From positions 77,624,001 to 77,688,000 of the forward strand of contig NC_043003.1 of the NCBI RefSeq assembly GCF_006345805.1: 64,000 nucleotides of DNA, in the 5' to 3' direction. Position 1 is the stretch's first letter; the number at the start of each line of letters is the position of its first letter. The notes under the pieces are model-generated. The model worked only from the letters and a program-made list of their open reading frames with translations. It was not told the DNA's origin and did no database searches. This document shows positions 14,158-26,830 of this stretch, piece after piece. A program made the translations under genes and the position numbers. The stretch comes from Octopus sinensis. Lineage: Eukaryota.

Positions 14158-14217
14158 ATCATGCTGAAGAAGGAAATGAATTTTTACACACTTCTAATCC
14201 CGAAACGCGTACATGAT
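14158..14217 (+). ncRNA. Minimal type I hammerhead ribozyme motif (family B)
   Basis: Stem I ATCATG/CATGAT (6 bp perfect), core CTGAAGA 14164-14170, stem II GGA/TCC, GAAA, palindromic stem III ACGCGT, cleavage triplet GTA (after 14211). Confidence 0.7.
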
Positions 14218-14673
14218 TAACTAATGGCTAGTTAGTTTCCTTATTTTTCTTCTTTTTGCTTATGTGTGTTACGTGTATTAATGTCTGTGGAGATATATTG
14301 TAGTAAAAGAATTAGTAGTTTTGACTGCTATTTCTAAATTTCGGTATGTGGTGTAGCAACTTTTGTTGATCCCTTAATTATGCTTATAATCATAAAAAAA
14401 AACTTTCTATATAAGTTTTTACCGATAATGTTTTTTTTTTTCCATACCGAATTACTCGGTAAAATTTATTAGTTATTAAATTAATAATTCTTTACCCTAT
14501 ATCTATAATATATATGTCTCCCCGTCACTTAGCGGTTCGGCAAAAGAGACCGATAGAATAAGTACTGGGCTTACAAAGAATAAGTCCCGGGGTCGATATG
14601 CTCGACTAAAGGCGGTGCTCCAGCATGGCCGCAGTCAAATGACTGAAACAAGTACAAAATATATATATATATT

Positions 14674-14760
<87 letters not shown>

Positions 14761-14989
14761 TAATATATATATATAATATATATATATATATTATATATAT
14801 ATATATACACACACATATATATACATGTGCGTGTGCGTGCGCGCATAAATGAATATATGTGTATATATATATGTATGCATATGTTTCTATACATCAATGT
14901 GTGTGTGTGTGTGTGTGAGTGTGTGTGTATATATGTGTGTGTGCGTGCGTGCGTGGATCAATGGTCCTTCCTGAGGTATTGGTTCTTAC

Positions 14990-15096
14990 AGCCGGTTTCC
15001 TGAATTCTGCGGCGAATTCGTTTCGGGGTGACTCGGGTATGCGGTACCGACGAGCAGAATTAATAATAGCGAAATATCGATATCCATCGTTCTCAT
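14990..15096 (-). CDS. Candidate first coding exon of a secreted or membrane protein: MRTMDIDISLLLILLVGTAYPSHPETNSPQNSGNR(L)
   Basis: In-frame ATGs at 15096 and 15087, the second in strong Kozak context (ACGATGG). Signal-peptide-like hydrophobic core, donor CT|GTAAGA at 14989, CpG-rich island. A competing plus-strand 45-nt exon reading exists (14992-15036). Confidence 0.4.
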
Positions 15097-15559
15097 TCAC
15101 CTATAAGTTTGCACTTTCTGAATCGCTCACACAACTCGTTCACTTTCCTACACGCATTTCTGATCGCGACGACCAATCTTACTCCCTCCACTAATCGCTG
15201 TTTGGCTTCAACTCCTGATATCTGTACGGTCTGCCATGATTCTCCACTCGGGAGATCTGATGTTGTTGTTGTTTCAGTTGCCGTTTCACTGAATTGTTCT
15301 GTTGCCAAGCAGTCCCCAATTCATCGTACTCTATTCAGTACTTCTGAACTTGGGAATTCCCCCCCCCACAGTCTTGTTTTCTTCAATATGACCTCTATTT
15401 TTTAAAGTCTAATGTACATCATCACCTATTGACATCTGTCTAGCGTCCATTTTATTCTAGTAACTCTTACGTTTTCAGTGGCCTTCTAACGAGCGAATGC
15501 TTTATAAAAAATGGCTCAATTAATCGCCACAGTTGCACTTACTTGTGCAATCCGCATAT

Positions 15560-16175
15560 TACGGGGAACATCGTCTTAATTTACCAGGTTTTATATTAAA
15601 TAGATTAATTGTACCATTCTGTTTTGACAGTACTGTGACTGGTCTCATTTACTGGAACTTACTGCGACATTCTGTCATAATGAGCATTCAAGAGGACTGA
15701 AATGTAGAGTTTTATTTCCACCAAGATGGGGTACCATCAGAATACCGTTGTTAATGCGAGAGCCTATGCTGATGAGACTTTGATGAACAGGCATATTTGG
15801 ACGAAGAGGTTCTATAGAATATTCTCAATGTTCGGTGGTCCTTACACCCATTAGACTTTATGCAGGGATACTTAAAAGATAAAGTTTACGGCATGAAACT
15901 CGCAACAGTCAACGAATTCAGGGTAGCCATTGAACAAGAATGCACAAAAGTAAGGTAGAAACGTTTCTTGATGTTTTGGATTCCGTTGCCTCGCGTTAGC
16001 AAGAGCGCTTGAACAAAAACAGTAATCATTTTGGAAAGATACGTCCATAAAAATTTGAAATTCCGTTTGTGGATTCTATTACATTTTTGAAAAGGAAAGC
16101 AATTGAAATAAGCTCTGACCTTATAATCTTTCACTGTACGTATAGATTTGTAGGGGGCGACACCCAATATATTAA
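15560..16175 (+). mobile_element. Tc1/mariner-superfamily transposase remnant (C-terminal part and right end)
   Basis: Degenerate F.QDG.P.., GRRGSIEY....L.PLDF..GYLKDKVY; ends in a cactgtacgtatagatt...gacaccc TIR-like sequence. Confidence 0.65.
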
Positions 16176-16404
16176 GGTTTCATTATGTATATCAGTATAT
16201 TAAAGGGAATTTAAACCTTAATTAAAGAATCACTTAGTACATTTCAGTAGATTATCACATTTATTATGCTTTTAGAGGTAAAGAATTTACAGTTGCTTCG
16301 CATATTTCGATTGCAGCCTTTATCAAACTCACAAATTCAACTAAGCCGAGTCCTCAAAGTAAATGTCAGACTTTTCCTTAAAAACAAAGCAACATACATG
16401 TTGA

Positions 16405-16435
<31 letters not shown>

Positions 16436-16858
16436 CGTGCGCGCGCGGGCGTGTACACAGGTGCACATACTTGAATATAGAAACATATATACTTACAAGC
16501 ACGCACACACACATACATATACGCATACATACCCTCATTCATATATAGTTATATGAAGCATTTACATAGCGATAAAGCTATTTTAGCGATTTAAACACGC
16601 ACAAAATCTGTCATATTAAACTTTTCAAATATTTTTTGTGATATCAAAATTTTTGCTACCTCTTTGCAACCTGGTTTTTGACACAATTTCATATCAGTAT
16701 AACTGTTTGTCCTGGTGTCTTGCTATAGGGTCAAGATATTTCGTTCAGGTGTAATTGGTTCATTTTAACATGGTTTCTTATCAACAGCCTTGCCAAAGTT
16801 CCGCTCTGTATGTATGTATGTATGTATGTATGTATGTATGTATGTATGTTTGTATGTA

Positions 16859-16904
<46 letters not shown>

Positions 16905-16988
16905 GTGTGTATGTCTGTATGCATGTATGTTTGCATGTATCTATCCCTCTTTCTCTCTTTCTTCTCTACACACGCACACATGCATACA

Positions 16989-17815
16989 CAGTGGAATACC
17001 CACATTCGAATGGTTATCTAAACGAACAAGTTGAATTAAGGACGATTTTTCTGAAGAAGAGTAAACTCGCATAACGAGCAAATATTTAATCAACGAATCA
17101 CAAGCTGACTATTCACGTGTAAGTAACTGGAAGCTCATTCTCTGAGCGACCTGAACTTCGTTGAAGAAATTATGAACAGTGCTCCGGAATGGATTATGTT
17201 CGTATATAGAGACACCACTGTATGAACTTTGTTGAACAAATTATGAACAGCTTAGCGAGCTAAAATTTGAAAAACAAGTAAGGGATAGACTACGCACATA
17301 TATAAGTGCTGGGAAAGCACGTATGAACTGTATGCCAAGTGAACAAATTTTATAGCGAACAGTTTTCTGAAGAAACTGAAGTTTGAACAATAACAAACGA
17401 GTACAATAACAGCATTAACGAACCATATAACTGTCTGGAAGAGCGGGTAGAAATGGTTCATTAACATCCGTGGAGGTATTTCATGTTTGCAAATTTTCAT
17501 ATTTTATATAGAAAATAATATTTCTCATACTTTTTACTAAAAACAGCTATGAATTGACGAAAGCAAGACAAAGGAAAAAGCGCATGCGCATGTGTACGCA
17601 CCCTACGCATGCGCCCATACGCACGTATATTTAAGTATTTGCAATTAATGGATGGACAAATAAAATATCGTTTCATACTTTTATGTAGAGTGTAGGTGTG
17701 GCTGGAAACGGATCATCTCAATTGTTAGGTGTTTCACTTACTCTTGCAACGAACATTTTGTTTAACGAACAGTGCTCCGGAATGGATTATGTTCGTATAA
17801 AGATACACCACTGTA
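16989..17815. mobile_element. Tigger/pogo-like non-autonomous element with a duplicated right end
   Basis: Left (a)cagtggaatacc...ttcgaa versus right ttcgtata..caccactgta at about 17195-17222 and 17790-17816. Confidence 0.5.
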
Positions 17816-17944
17816 TGTATATGCATACTGAGTTTCTAAATAACTGAGGGCCCATTCGTTTAGCGGATGGGCTCCCAGTAACTGTTAATTGTTAGTGTTA
17901 TAGAATCTTTATGCACGTTTTCTCTTCGAAATCCATAATATACT

Positions 17945-18812
17945 ACATATTGATCGCTAAATCTACAGGTTTTTTCCTGTATTTTTCCTCATGCTCTTTT
18001 CTGTTGAAGAGTGTAGGCTCGAAACGTAAAAGACTTTCTCACTTAACTGAGCATCAAACTATTACACCTGTCTTCGTCTTTTGTTTTCTTTTTGTTTTTC
18101 TGTAAATTTCAACTATATGTGTGAGTGTGTGTCCCACATACCTCATCCCTACCCCTTATACTAATCCATACCAGCATCCCCCACCCTCGCATCACCCACA
18201 CCCCAACACCAGCACACCACACCACACACCAGCACACAACACCACATACCAGCACACCACATCATGCCACACCGCCCCACACAACACCACATCACACCGT
18301 ACAACACCACACCACATCACACACCACACCACACCACCACACCACATCACACCACCCTGCACACATTTGCACAGACCACTTCCCACCATCTACACCACCA
18401 TCCACACACCTACACATTCACACACCCACACGTCAAGGTCACCAGCCCCTATCCACACACACACACACGTTCTTATACACACGTATGCGCATCTTCGTAT
18501 TGGGATCACCACTACTCTATTATCTCCCATTCTTCCTAGCTCTCCTGTTTGACCACCTCTCTTCGGCCATCGCCATGATTGATCGCTAGCCACTAAACCC
18601 TCTTTTTATTTTCTCTCTGTTTATTTTCTCGCGTTGCTTTTTGTTGAAGAGCGTAGTCTCGAAACGTAAAAGACTTTTTCACCTTCCCGAGCGTGAAACT
18701 AATACACCTGTTTGTTGTTTACACACCCGTCTTCGTCTTTTTTTTTTGTAAATTCCAACTATATATATATATACATATATATACATATACATATGCATAC
18801 ACACACACACAC

Positions 18813-18854
<42 letters not shown>

Positions 18855-19224
18855 CACACACACACACACACACACACATACACACATATATATATATAGG
18901 CAATTATGCAGATAAAAGGAATGGCAATTATTTGAGAGAAGTAAAGCGTCTAGTTTAGTGGCAGAGGTAGATTATTAAGGCATGTGGAAAGGTATGAGAG
19001 AAGATAGAGAGAAGCGGACAGGTACACCATACTAACCATCCAACCCACATTCATTATTCTACTAACCACTGCTATCTTGACCATCAACTCATCCCCCATC
19101 CCTTTTTCTCATTTTCTCAACTTCCAATGATTCTTTAGCTATTATCCCTTTTGACAAATCTAACGCAACTGACTACCATTCAAATACGATCTGCACTATA
19201 TTCCTATTCATCTCCCAAATCTCC

Positions 19225-19263
<39 letters not shown>

Positions 19264-19500
19264 TATATATATATATATATATAGCACGCATTTTTTTTCT
19301 CTCCTTCTTTCTGTGTTTCTTCTCTGTGTATCTTTCTGTTGAAGAGCGTAGGCTCGAAACGTAAAAGACTTGTTTTATTTATATTCCTGAGCGCCATACT
19401 AATACAATTGTTTGTTTGTATTCCACCTGCCTTCGTCTTTTGTTTATTTCCGTAAACCTGCCTTCGTCTTTTGTCTATTTTCATAAAGCTTCCCGTTATA
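17945..19500 (+). mobile_element. Cluster of three same-strand family A hammerhead-bearing PLE-derived elements, separated by microsatellites and (CACCA)n
   Basis: Motif CTGTTGA a GAGC gtag GCTC GAAA CG TA aaaga at 17996-18033, 18636-18673 and 19331-19368, each with shared T-rich flanks. Confidence 0.75.
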
Positions 19501-21171
19501 TATATGTAGACCCGTTTTGAAACTGGCTGAACCTCACTTTAAGTTAAGATACTATAACACACACCGTAGGTCGAAAAGTTCTTTATTTTGAAAAAGGCAC
19601 TAGATTTATTCGTGAGTTCTCAGATGTACGAGGCCAGCGAATCTTCGTTAGAGTGTTGTGGTGTTTTAATGTGTTGGCATAACAGTAACGATACTACTCT
19701 TATTCTCACACACTTATGAACCACACCATATGCATCGTACATCTGCAATTCAAGGATGAGTTTAGCTCATACATGCACACACACACTAATATATGTGTGT
19801 AAGATTTATGCGAAAAGTGTGTTTTGTAAACCTTTGATAAATTTAGAATAAACTGCAGTTTCCAAGCCTTTCTTTGTGGAATTTTAATTTATTGATATTT
19901 CCTTCGTACACTGAAAAATATAATCAATTTTACTTACATGTTTCTTGGTTCGTTGACGTCACATCAGAGTATGTAACCTTTTCTTTCTTCTGAATATGAA
20001 GAGAACTTATAGTAATTAACGGTTTAAATCAAAGAGAAATTAGAACTTGGTTATAATGACAACACTAATTTTCATAACTCTGTGTGTGTGTTTGTTACCG
20101 ACGTATGTAAGTAATATTTTTTTCTAAAATACATTTTATTTTATAAAATCTAAAATAAATTCATTTCCCCTCAATTGTCTGCGTACGAAGATAATAACAA
20201 TGTGTTCACGTGCAGCTAGACATTTAAATATAGTGGAGAATAACACAGTCTCCACAATTAGATGTTGAAACATATATCAATTTAAATTGTTCCAAGGCAT
20301 CAATTAATGATTTGCACAACTGCTACTCACTGAAGAAATGACGAAATGAAAATTACGCACATGCTATTTCATGTAGTCTGGATCGCTGGATCGCGCAAAG
20401 AGTCTCTATGAACCAATGCCTTGATTAAACGAACTAAGATGTCTCACGTGTCGCTAGTTCCCACATAAATCTATCTCAAGTATTATTTCCCAATCGCACA
20501 ATCTCCAGGTAAAGGCGCTCGCTTCGTTAACCTCGTATATTCTAGTTACTTTATATTCAATACCTCCGTGACTGTCTGAAGAAACGGAAAGGCACACTTT
20601 TTATTGTCCTTATATGTTTATATTCAATATCTGGAATTTCGATTATTCAAATTGTGCCTTGTAATGTCTACTGAGTCTAGTTATAAAATAAATCGTTCTG
20701 GGGTATTTTAAACTTTCTAGCTCAATAAGACAAAAAGGATGTTTTGACGAAATTTATAAGGGAGGAATTTTTCTTTTGTATATTAATTACCTCAATTCTC
20801 CACCCGTGTTCTTTACATGCATTATATATTCTTTTGCTTGGAGCCGATATCTGTTTGCAAGTCTTCACGGGAACTTTTCTCTTTAATAATTGTTTGAAGA
20901 GGCGAAAAGTCAAAAAAACTTCTAGATGTCCCAGAAAGATTAATTCAGGCTAAATAATGCATATTTTCTTCATTGAACGTAACTCAGCTAACACCTACTT
21001 AACTGTGTATAAGTTTCAGTAAATAAACACACCGATTTGGTATGCACCTTGAGATTAGTTTGTTTAGTTATATGTTTGTGTGTATGTGTGTGTGTTTGTG
21101 CTTGCGCGCGCGCACATGTGTGTGTGTGTGTGAGTGCGTATAAGCGCGCGTGCGTGCGTGTGTATGAGTGA

Positions 21172-21222
21172 TGGTATAGTGGTTAAAGCGTCAGTTATAT
21201 TTGCAGATGTGGGTTCAAGTCC
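21172..21222 (+). other. tRNA-like Pol III A/B box pair (SINE head or tRNA relic)
   Basis: TGGTATAGTGG ... GGTTCAAGTCC; no intact cloverleaf. Confidence 0.4.
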
Positions 21223-21920
21223 AAAGTCAGCCGTCAGCCTTTTTCACTCTTAAACTTCTTTCAACGCCAAATTCCATAAGCTATTGTTTATAGCTTTATC
21301 TACCTCGAGTTCGACGTTAAAAAAGATTTACTTAAAACATACACACACGCACGTGAGTGGGTGTGTGGGTGTGTATGTGGTGTATGCATATTTATGTACG
21401 TAAATATTTATACGTAGGTATGAACTGGGCGTAGAAGATGGGCAGGTCTAACACTTAAATACAGCTCAGCAACTTAGGCTATGATCTTGCTAACTGCAAC
21501 TAGTACTGGAATGGAATACAGTAAGCTCCAGTGAAAATTTTAAAATATGACCAATTACAGGAACATTTTGAGACCATATCAAATAGGTATTAGAACATAT
21601 TCTAAGGTCAATATTAAGTACTTTATCCCATTAACTTATAATCCGATCACTAAAATATTCTTAAGTTAATAACAAACACTTAAATCGAAGATAAAAACAC
21701 AACTCCTCCAACATATATCATGTTAGATAACTTAGATAGAGAAATACACGAATTTGATGAAAAGTCTTCAGAGTGCAGGTGAAAGTTAAAAGTTTAGCTG
21801 TCTTATATTTTGAGGTAACACTGGGCAGTCTGAATGAGTGCATTTGTTGTATTAAAAATTTCATTGGGTTTTACAATTATTTTTGTCAATCTCTGTAGTT
21901 ATGAAGAATAGAATACTTAT

Positions 21921-21953
<33 letters not shown>

Positions 21954-21986
21954 CACACATATATATATATACATACATATATATAT

Positions 21987-22064
<78 letters not shown>

Positions 22065-22281
22065 ATACACACATATATATATATACACACGCATATATAT
22101 ATACACACATATATATACATGCACATATATATATATATATGTATGTATGTATATATGCATATATATATACACATATATATACATGCACATATATACATAT
22201 ATGTATACATATATACACATATATATGCATATATATGTATATATGTATATATAAATATATATATGTATGTATGTTTATATA

Positions 22282-22351
<70 letters not shown>

Positions 22352-22353
22352 TG

Positions 22354-22386
<33 letters not shown>

Positions 22387-23497
22387 AACAGAGTGAGAGA
22401 AATGGTGAGAGAAGAGATAGAGAGAGAAAGAGATTCTGTAATTATGAATAGAGTGAATCAAGTTGAAATGTTATTATGGTGACCTTATTAAATTAACTTG
22501 CTCCATATCAAAATAAAATGAGTGTCTGATTTTCCACGAAATTGAAATTATTAAGCAATAATAACTCAATTATTCTACAGGAGATGATATACATTTCATA
22601 CAACGTGATAATATTTATTGAGGAAGGACGATGTTATATATAATATGCGGTTATTCAAATGAATGAAACAAATTTAACGTGTTTTTCTATGTTTAGGCTT
22701 AAACAAATACCTGCTGTTGATACAGAGTGTAATAATACAGTGTAAATAATATTGTTCCTTCCCGAAAAATGGTATAAGTATCTTTCATATTTTTCGTACC
22801 CTCCATGTACAAATTACTTTCATGTTCTTTACTATTTGCAAGACATGCTGTGCAGTAAAGTAAATTATTAGATTTATTGTATGATAACCAATAACTCCAA
22901 AATCATTTTTCTCCGAAATATATGGAAAATAGGAGAGATCTATCACCTTGTAGTTATTTGGATTGCAATAGCAAAAGAATCTGTATAGTCTTTCTGTTGT
23001 TATATCAAATTTTCTTGTAGCCTCAGCTACAATGTCTGTCTTGTCACATTGATTCTATGCACATACAACCTCAGTAGTATCGGCATTAATTCCTTCTACT
23101 TCAGAATTATTATGAATCAAAGAAGGTTTAGTTATGGAGGTTTGAAATTCACCTCCTACATCGTAATACTCCAACACAGATGATGAAGTTGAAGCATAAC
23201 TTTGAATATGCCACTCAGCTTCGAATACTTTTTTGCTTCTTATAACAATACCTTATTTTCTTTCCATAGAAATTTTCTGAGCCTCTATTGTGTTTTAACG
23301 TGAATAACTATATAACAATTGTTTTTCTTTTGTCTTTGGTCAGTAAGTGCTATTTCGTATTTGCTTCTATCTAGAAATCAAAGGAAATTATTACTATTTC
23401 CTTCAAATTTTGCTTTTGTGACCTGGACATCAAAGTTTTGAAACTGACCTATTTTCCATTACATTACCCACAGATTCAGTGCTGAGTTGCTGAAGCT

Positions 23498-23540
23498 GAA
23501 TTTTCTAGAACTTTCTAGAAGTTTCAAGAACTTTCGAGAA
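23498..23540. promoter_or_regulatory. Heat-shock element array, nine perfect alternating nGAAn/nTTCn units
   Basis: GAAttTTCtaGAActTTCtaGAAgtTTCaaGAActTTCgaGAA, followed by degenerate units to about 23570. Confidence 0.6.
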
Positions 23541-23988
23541 GTTCCTAAAAGTTTCAAGAGTTTCTGGAACGTTTTGGCAACATAGATAACAGTATAAATA
23601 CAGGGATCGTAAGTTCAACTGTTCAGTTTACTTCTAGCTGTCCAAGTGGAGACAAGTTTGAGGAAAGCAAAGTTTGAATGAAACATTAGCCATTTTTCAT
23701 ACCTTCTAGAGGTAAGCAATTAGAAAATAACAGTTACCACCCAAGGACAAAAATCTTTGTTTCGATCGAAAACGTGGTTTGATGTAAAAATTAGTCCAAC
23801 ATTTTGTTTACATGTACCTTCAAAATCTTCCCGAAACCTTTTTGCAATAAGGTTTTCAAGATATATTTTTAATTTTTTGGTCATCAACTATTATTAGATA
23901 TCAGCTATTACTTGATTATTCTTTTAAAACATTTTAAATGAAAATTTTTTAATAAAAATTTACAAATATTATCTAGTTTTATAGCTGA

Positions 23989-24372
23989 CTAGCAGTATCG
24001 CCCGGCGTTTCTCAGGTTTGTAAGGGAAATAACTATAAAGCATTTTTAGAGAGTTATACCCAAAAAATAGCAAAAAAATGGAAAAAAATGATGGTAAATT
24101 TTTTTCGAGAGTAAAAAAAGGTGGAGTTGCGTCCCCTAGACAGTTTGCGGTTTGTGTTTCTGATTCTCGACCCCATGTCGAATTTATCGATTTTTTTCAG
24201 AACTGGGGGAACTTTTCAAAATTTTCGCTGCGTTAGTTTTGAATTATGACATTGGGCTATGTGTGTGTCAAGTTTCATCAAAATCGGTCGAAAGCCGTGG
24301 TCAGGGTGAGGGTACAAGCAAACAGACACACAGAAACACGCACAGACAAACTGCCGTTTATATAGAGAGAGA
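23989..24372 (+). mobile_element. Non-autonomous Helitron/DINE-like element
   Basis: 5' ctagcagtatcgcccggcg, 3' ...gtttatatagagagaga; inserted at GA|T with no TSD. A near-identical copy lies at 34415-34799. Confidence 0.65.
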
Positions 24373-24469
24373 TTTCAAACATATATCTTTTTGAGAAACT
24401 GTTAGAAAGCTTCAAAAATTTAGGAAAATAATAAAGTATATTAGCATTAACTGATTAAGGTGGTAATCT

Positions 24470-24810
24470 TTTGAGATTGGTAAAATAAGTACCATTTGAG
24501 TAGTGGAGTTGATTTAATCGATTCATCCCCTCCCATGAAATTGCTGGCCTTATTCCAAAATTTGAAACCAGTATTAGTATTGACTGATTAAGGAATCAAG
24601 CTAGCAGAGTCGTTTGCACGCTAAGCAAAATGTTTAGCGACATTTCGTCCGCCTTTACGTTCTGAGTTCAAATTCCACCAGGGTCGACTTTGCTTTCGGG
24701 GTCGATAAAATAAGTACCTTGCCAGTTGTGCACTGGGGTTGATGTAATCGACTTACTCATTTACCTCCAATTTTCTGGTTTTGTGCCAAAATTTGAAATC
24801 AATACTGGCA
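24470..24810. mobile_element. Two nested or adjacent degenerate SINE family 1 copies
   Basis: Repeated ccaaaatttgaaacc tails and a gagttcaaattcc B box. Confidence 0.6.
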
Positions 24811-26022
24811 TTGATTTACAACTACTTACGTAGTTGGTTGTCTAAGTTCAAAATTAACACGAAAAGAGGCCTTGTGACAGGTAGTCATTGAATAAAAATT
24901 CTTTCTGAGTGGGAATCAGAAAATTAAAAATTAGAAGCATTTGTTAGTAACTCTCAAAAGCATTATTCTTTTTATTTTAGAAAGAAAAGTTGGTAATAAA
25001 AATATTTATTGAGTTAATCGTATTTCAAAAAAGAAAACATAGACTGTGTGCTATTGTAAAATATGAGCGCAATATACTGTTTTGTTTTATGTGTGTCTAC
25101 GCTTCACTTGCTAGTCACTATTATAGAGCCAAAATTATAGTTTTTATAATCTTAAGTGCATCCTAATTAATTTCTCAAACAAAAAAAATAGAAAAATGTA
25201 AATTATTGCATAAAACTGTTAGATAAATTGGCTTTTATTAAAAAGGATAGAAATTACAATTTCATCAAATAAAACAAAACTTTATTGTTGAATTAATTAA
25301 AGTTTAAATACAAACTAGAGAGATGCAAATGCAGGATGCACAAAATGTGGTATATTTTAGTCGTTCAATCTGTTTGTGACTTGGTTTGCATCAAAATTTT
25401 CCATCTTTGTATTTTAAAATAAAGTAAGCCGGAAAACGCTTTAATTAGCATTAGTTAAGATAATACAGAAATAGGAATTACTCAGAAAATACATAGAAAT
25501 ATCAAAATCTGTTAAACAAAATGTGAGATTTAAACACTAACACTTTTAAATATAATTTTGGAAACTCAATGTTTTCTTAATAAGATTTTCAGGTTGTATC
25601 CTTCATGAACTCCATTAAATTTCTTATAAAGTTGCAATTAAATAACTGACTCTCCTTGGAACATAACTATGTTACAGCTAGTATAATAGCTTTGGTTTCG
25701 ACTCACATTCTTGGTTAAGTTCTACATTAACATATTATTACATTCATGTGCTGGTTTTGCAAGTTAAATGTTGTATTCGGAAACAGATGTCGTGTCCTAG
25801 GAGAATCCTTTTACCAATAGGGAAAGAAACGCACTGGTTATATCTTACTTGAAATAAATTACCATTATCAAACATAACAGAAATAATTATTATTGGTCAA
25901 TCAACCAATTAACTAATCGATTGATTGATAAACCGTTCGACTAATCCACCAACTATTTGGGTTGTCAGAGACATTTCGTCTCTATTCACACCCTCATCAA
26001 TATATATACTTATATATTTATA

Positions 26023-26175
26023 TACGTAATCTGATCAATAAGTATCTGGACTGTTGCCATTGTAACGAGGCTAAAGCATTTATAGTAAAGCCGCTAGGCA
26101 CAAATTGACCTTGAACTATCCTGCGCATGCGCACTAAGTTTTAACGTTCTAGCTCACTTCCGCCGTTGGAAATAA
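26023..26175 (+). mobile_element. Mariner-like 5' end fragment (TIR and UTR)
   Basis: tacgtaatctgatcaataagtatctggactgttgc resembles mariner TIRs; contains TGCGCATGCGCA. Confidence 0.4.
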
Positions 26176-26544
26176 CATGTGTATCGTAAGGTGCCCAGGT
26201 ACTCCCATTTTGTTGATTACACTCAATTTGGTGGTTACACTCCTTGTGTGCATGCGCAGCATATTTGGTAACTATGGAAACAGAGTTCTTTGCAATCAGC
26301 TATGGAACACGTGGTACTTTTTTTACTTGCTATGCTAACGAAACTTCACGGTGATGTGTAAAATACTCGCTTCTGATTGGCTGAAATACCCAAATTTTGC
26401 ACATTTTAAAGGTTAACTTTTTAATTATGAATTTATAGGAAAAGTGATTTTTATTTTCATAATTAGTATAAAAAACCAAGCCATATATCAAATTTGAAAA
26501 CAATTAGAACAAAATTGTAAACAGTGACGATAACCACAAAGAAT

Positions 26545-26830
26545 CGAGCATCGGGCTCACAAATATGTGGTAGCGAGTTCGATTCCCGGACCGAGGTGTG
26601 TGACTTCTTCTTGTGCAAGACACTTCATTTCACGTTGCTCCTGTTCCCTCAGCTGTAGAAATGAGTTGCAATGTCACTGGTGTCAATTTGTATCGGTCTT
26701 TGCCTTTCCCTTGGGTAACATCGGTAGTGTGGAGGCTAGTATGCATGAGTGACTGCGAGTCTTCCATAAACCACCTTGTGCCTCAGAAGGTTACCATCTA
26801 GGTGCAATCTCATGGTCATATAATTACGAC
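26545..26830 (+). mobile_element. tRNA-derived SINE, family 3 (CORE-like centre)
   Basis: gagttcgattcccggacc B box and caagacacttcatttcacgttgctcc...cagctgtagaaatgag. Related copies at 27870-27990, 37300-37630 (-) and 62182-62499 (-). Confidence 0.7.

Noticed and set aside
17051-17075. CTGAAGA-GAGT/ACTC hammerhead-like start
   Set aside because: Followed by GCAT rather than GAAA, has a 2-nt loop, and lies inside a Tigger-like element.
21172-21230. Functional tRNA gene
   Set aside because: A and B boxes are present but the acceptor and anticodon stems do not pair.
26122-26133. NRF1-type palindrome TGCGCATGCGCA (similar at 17580)
   Set aside because: Single motifs inside DNA transposon remnants with no promoter context.
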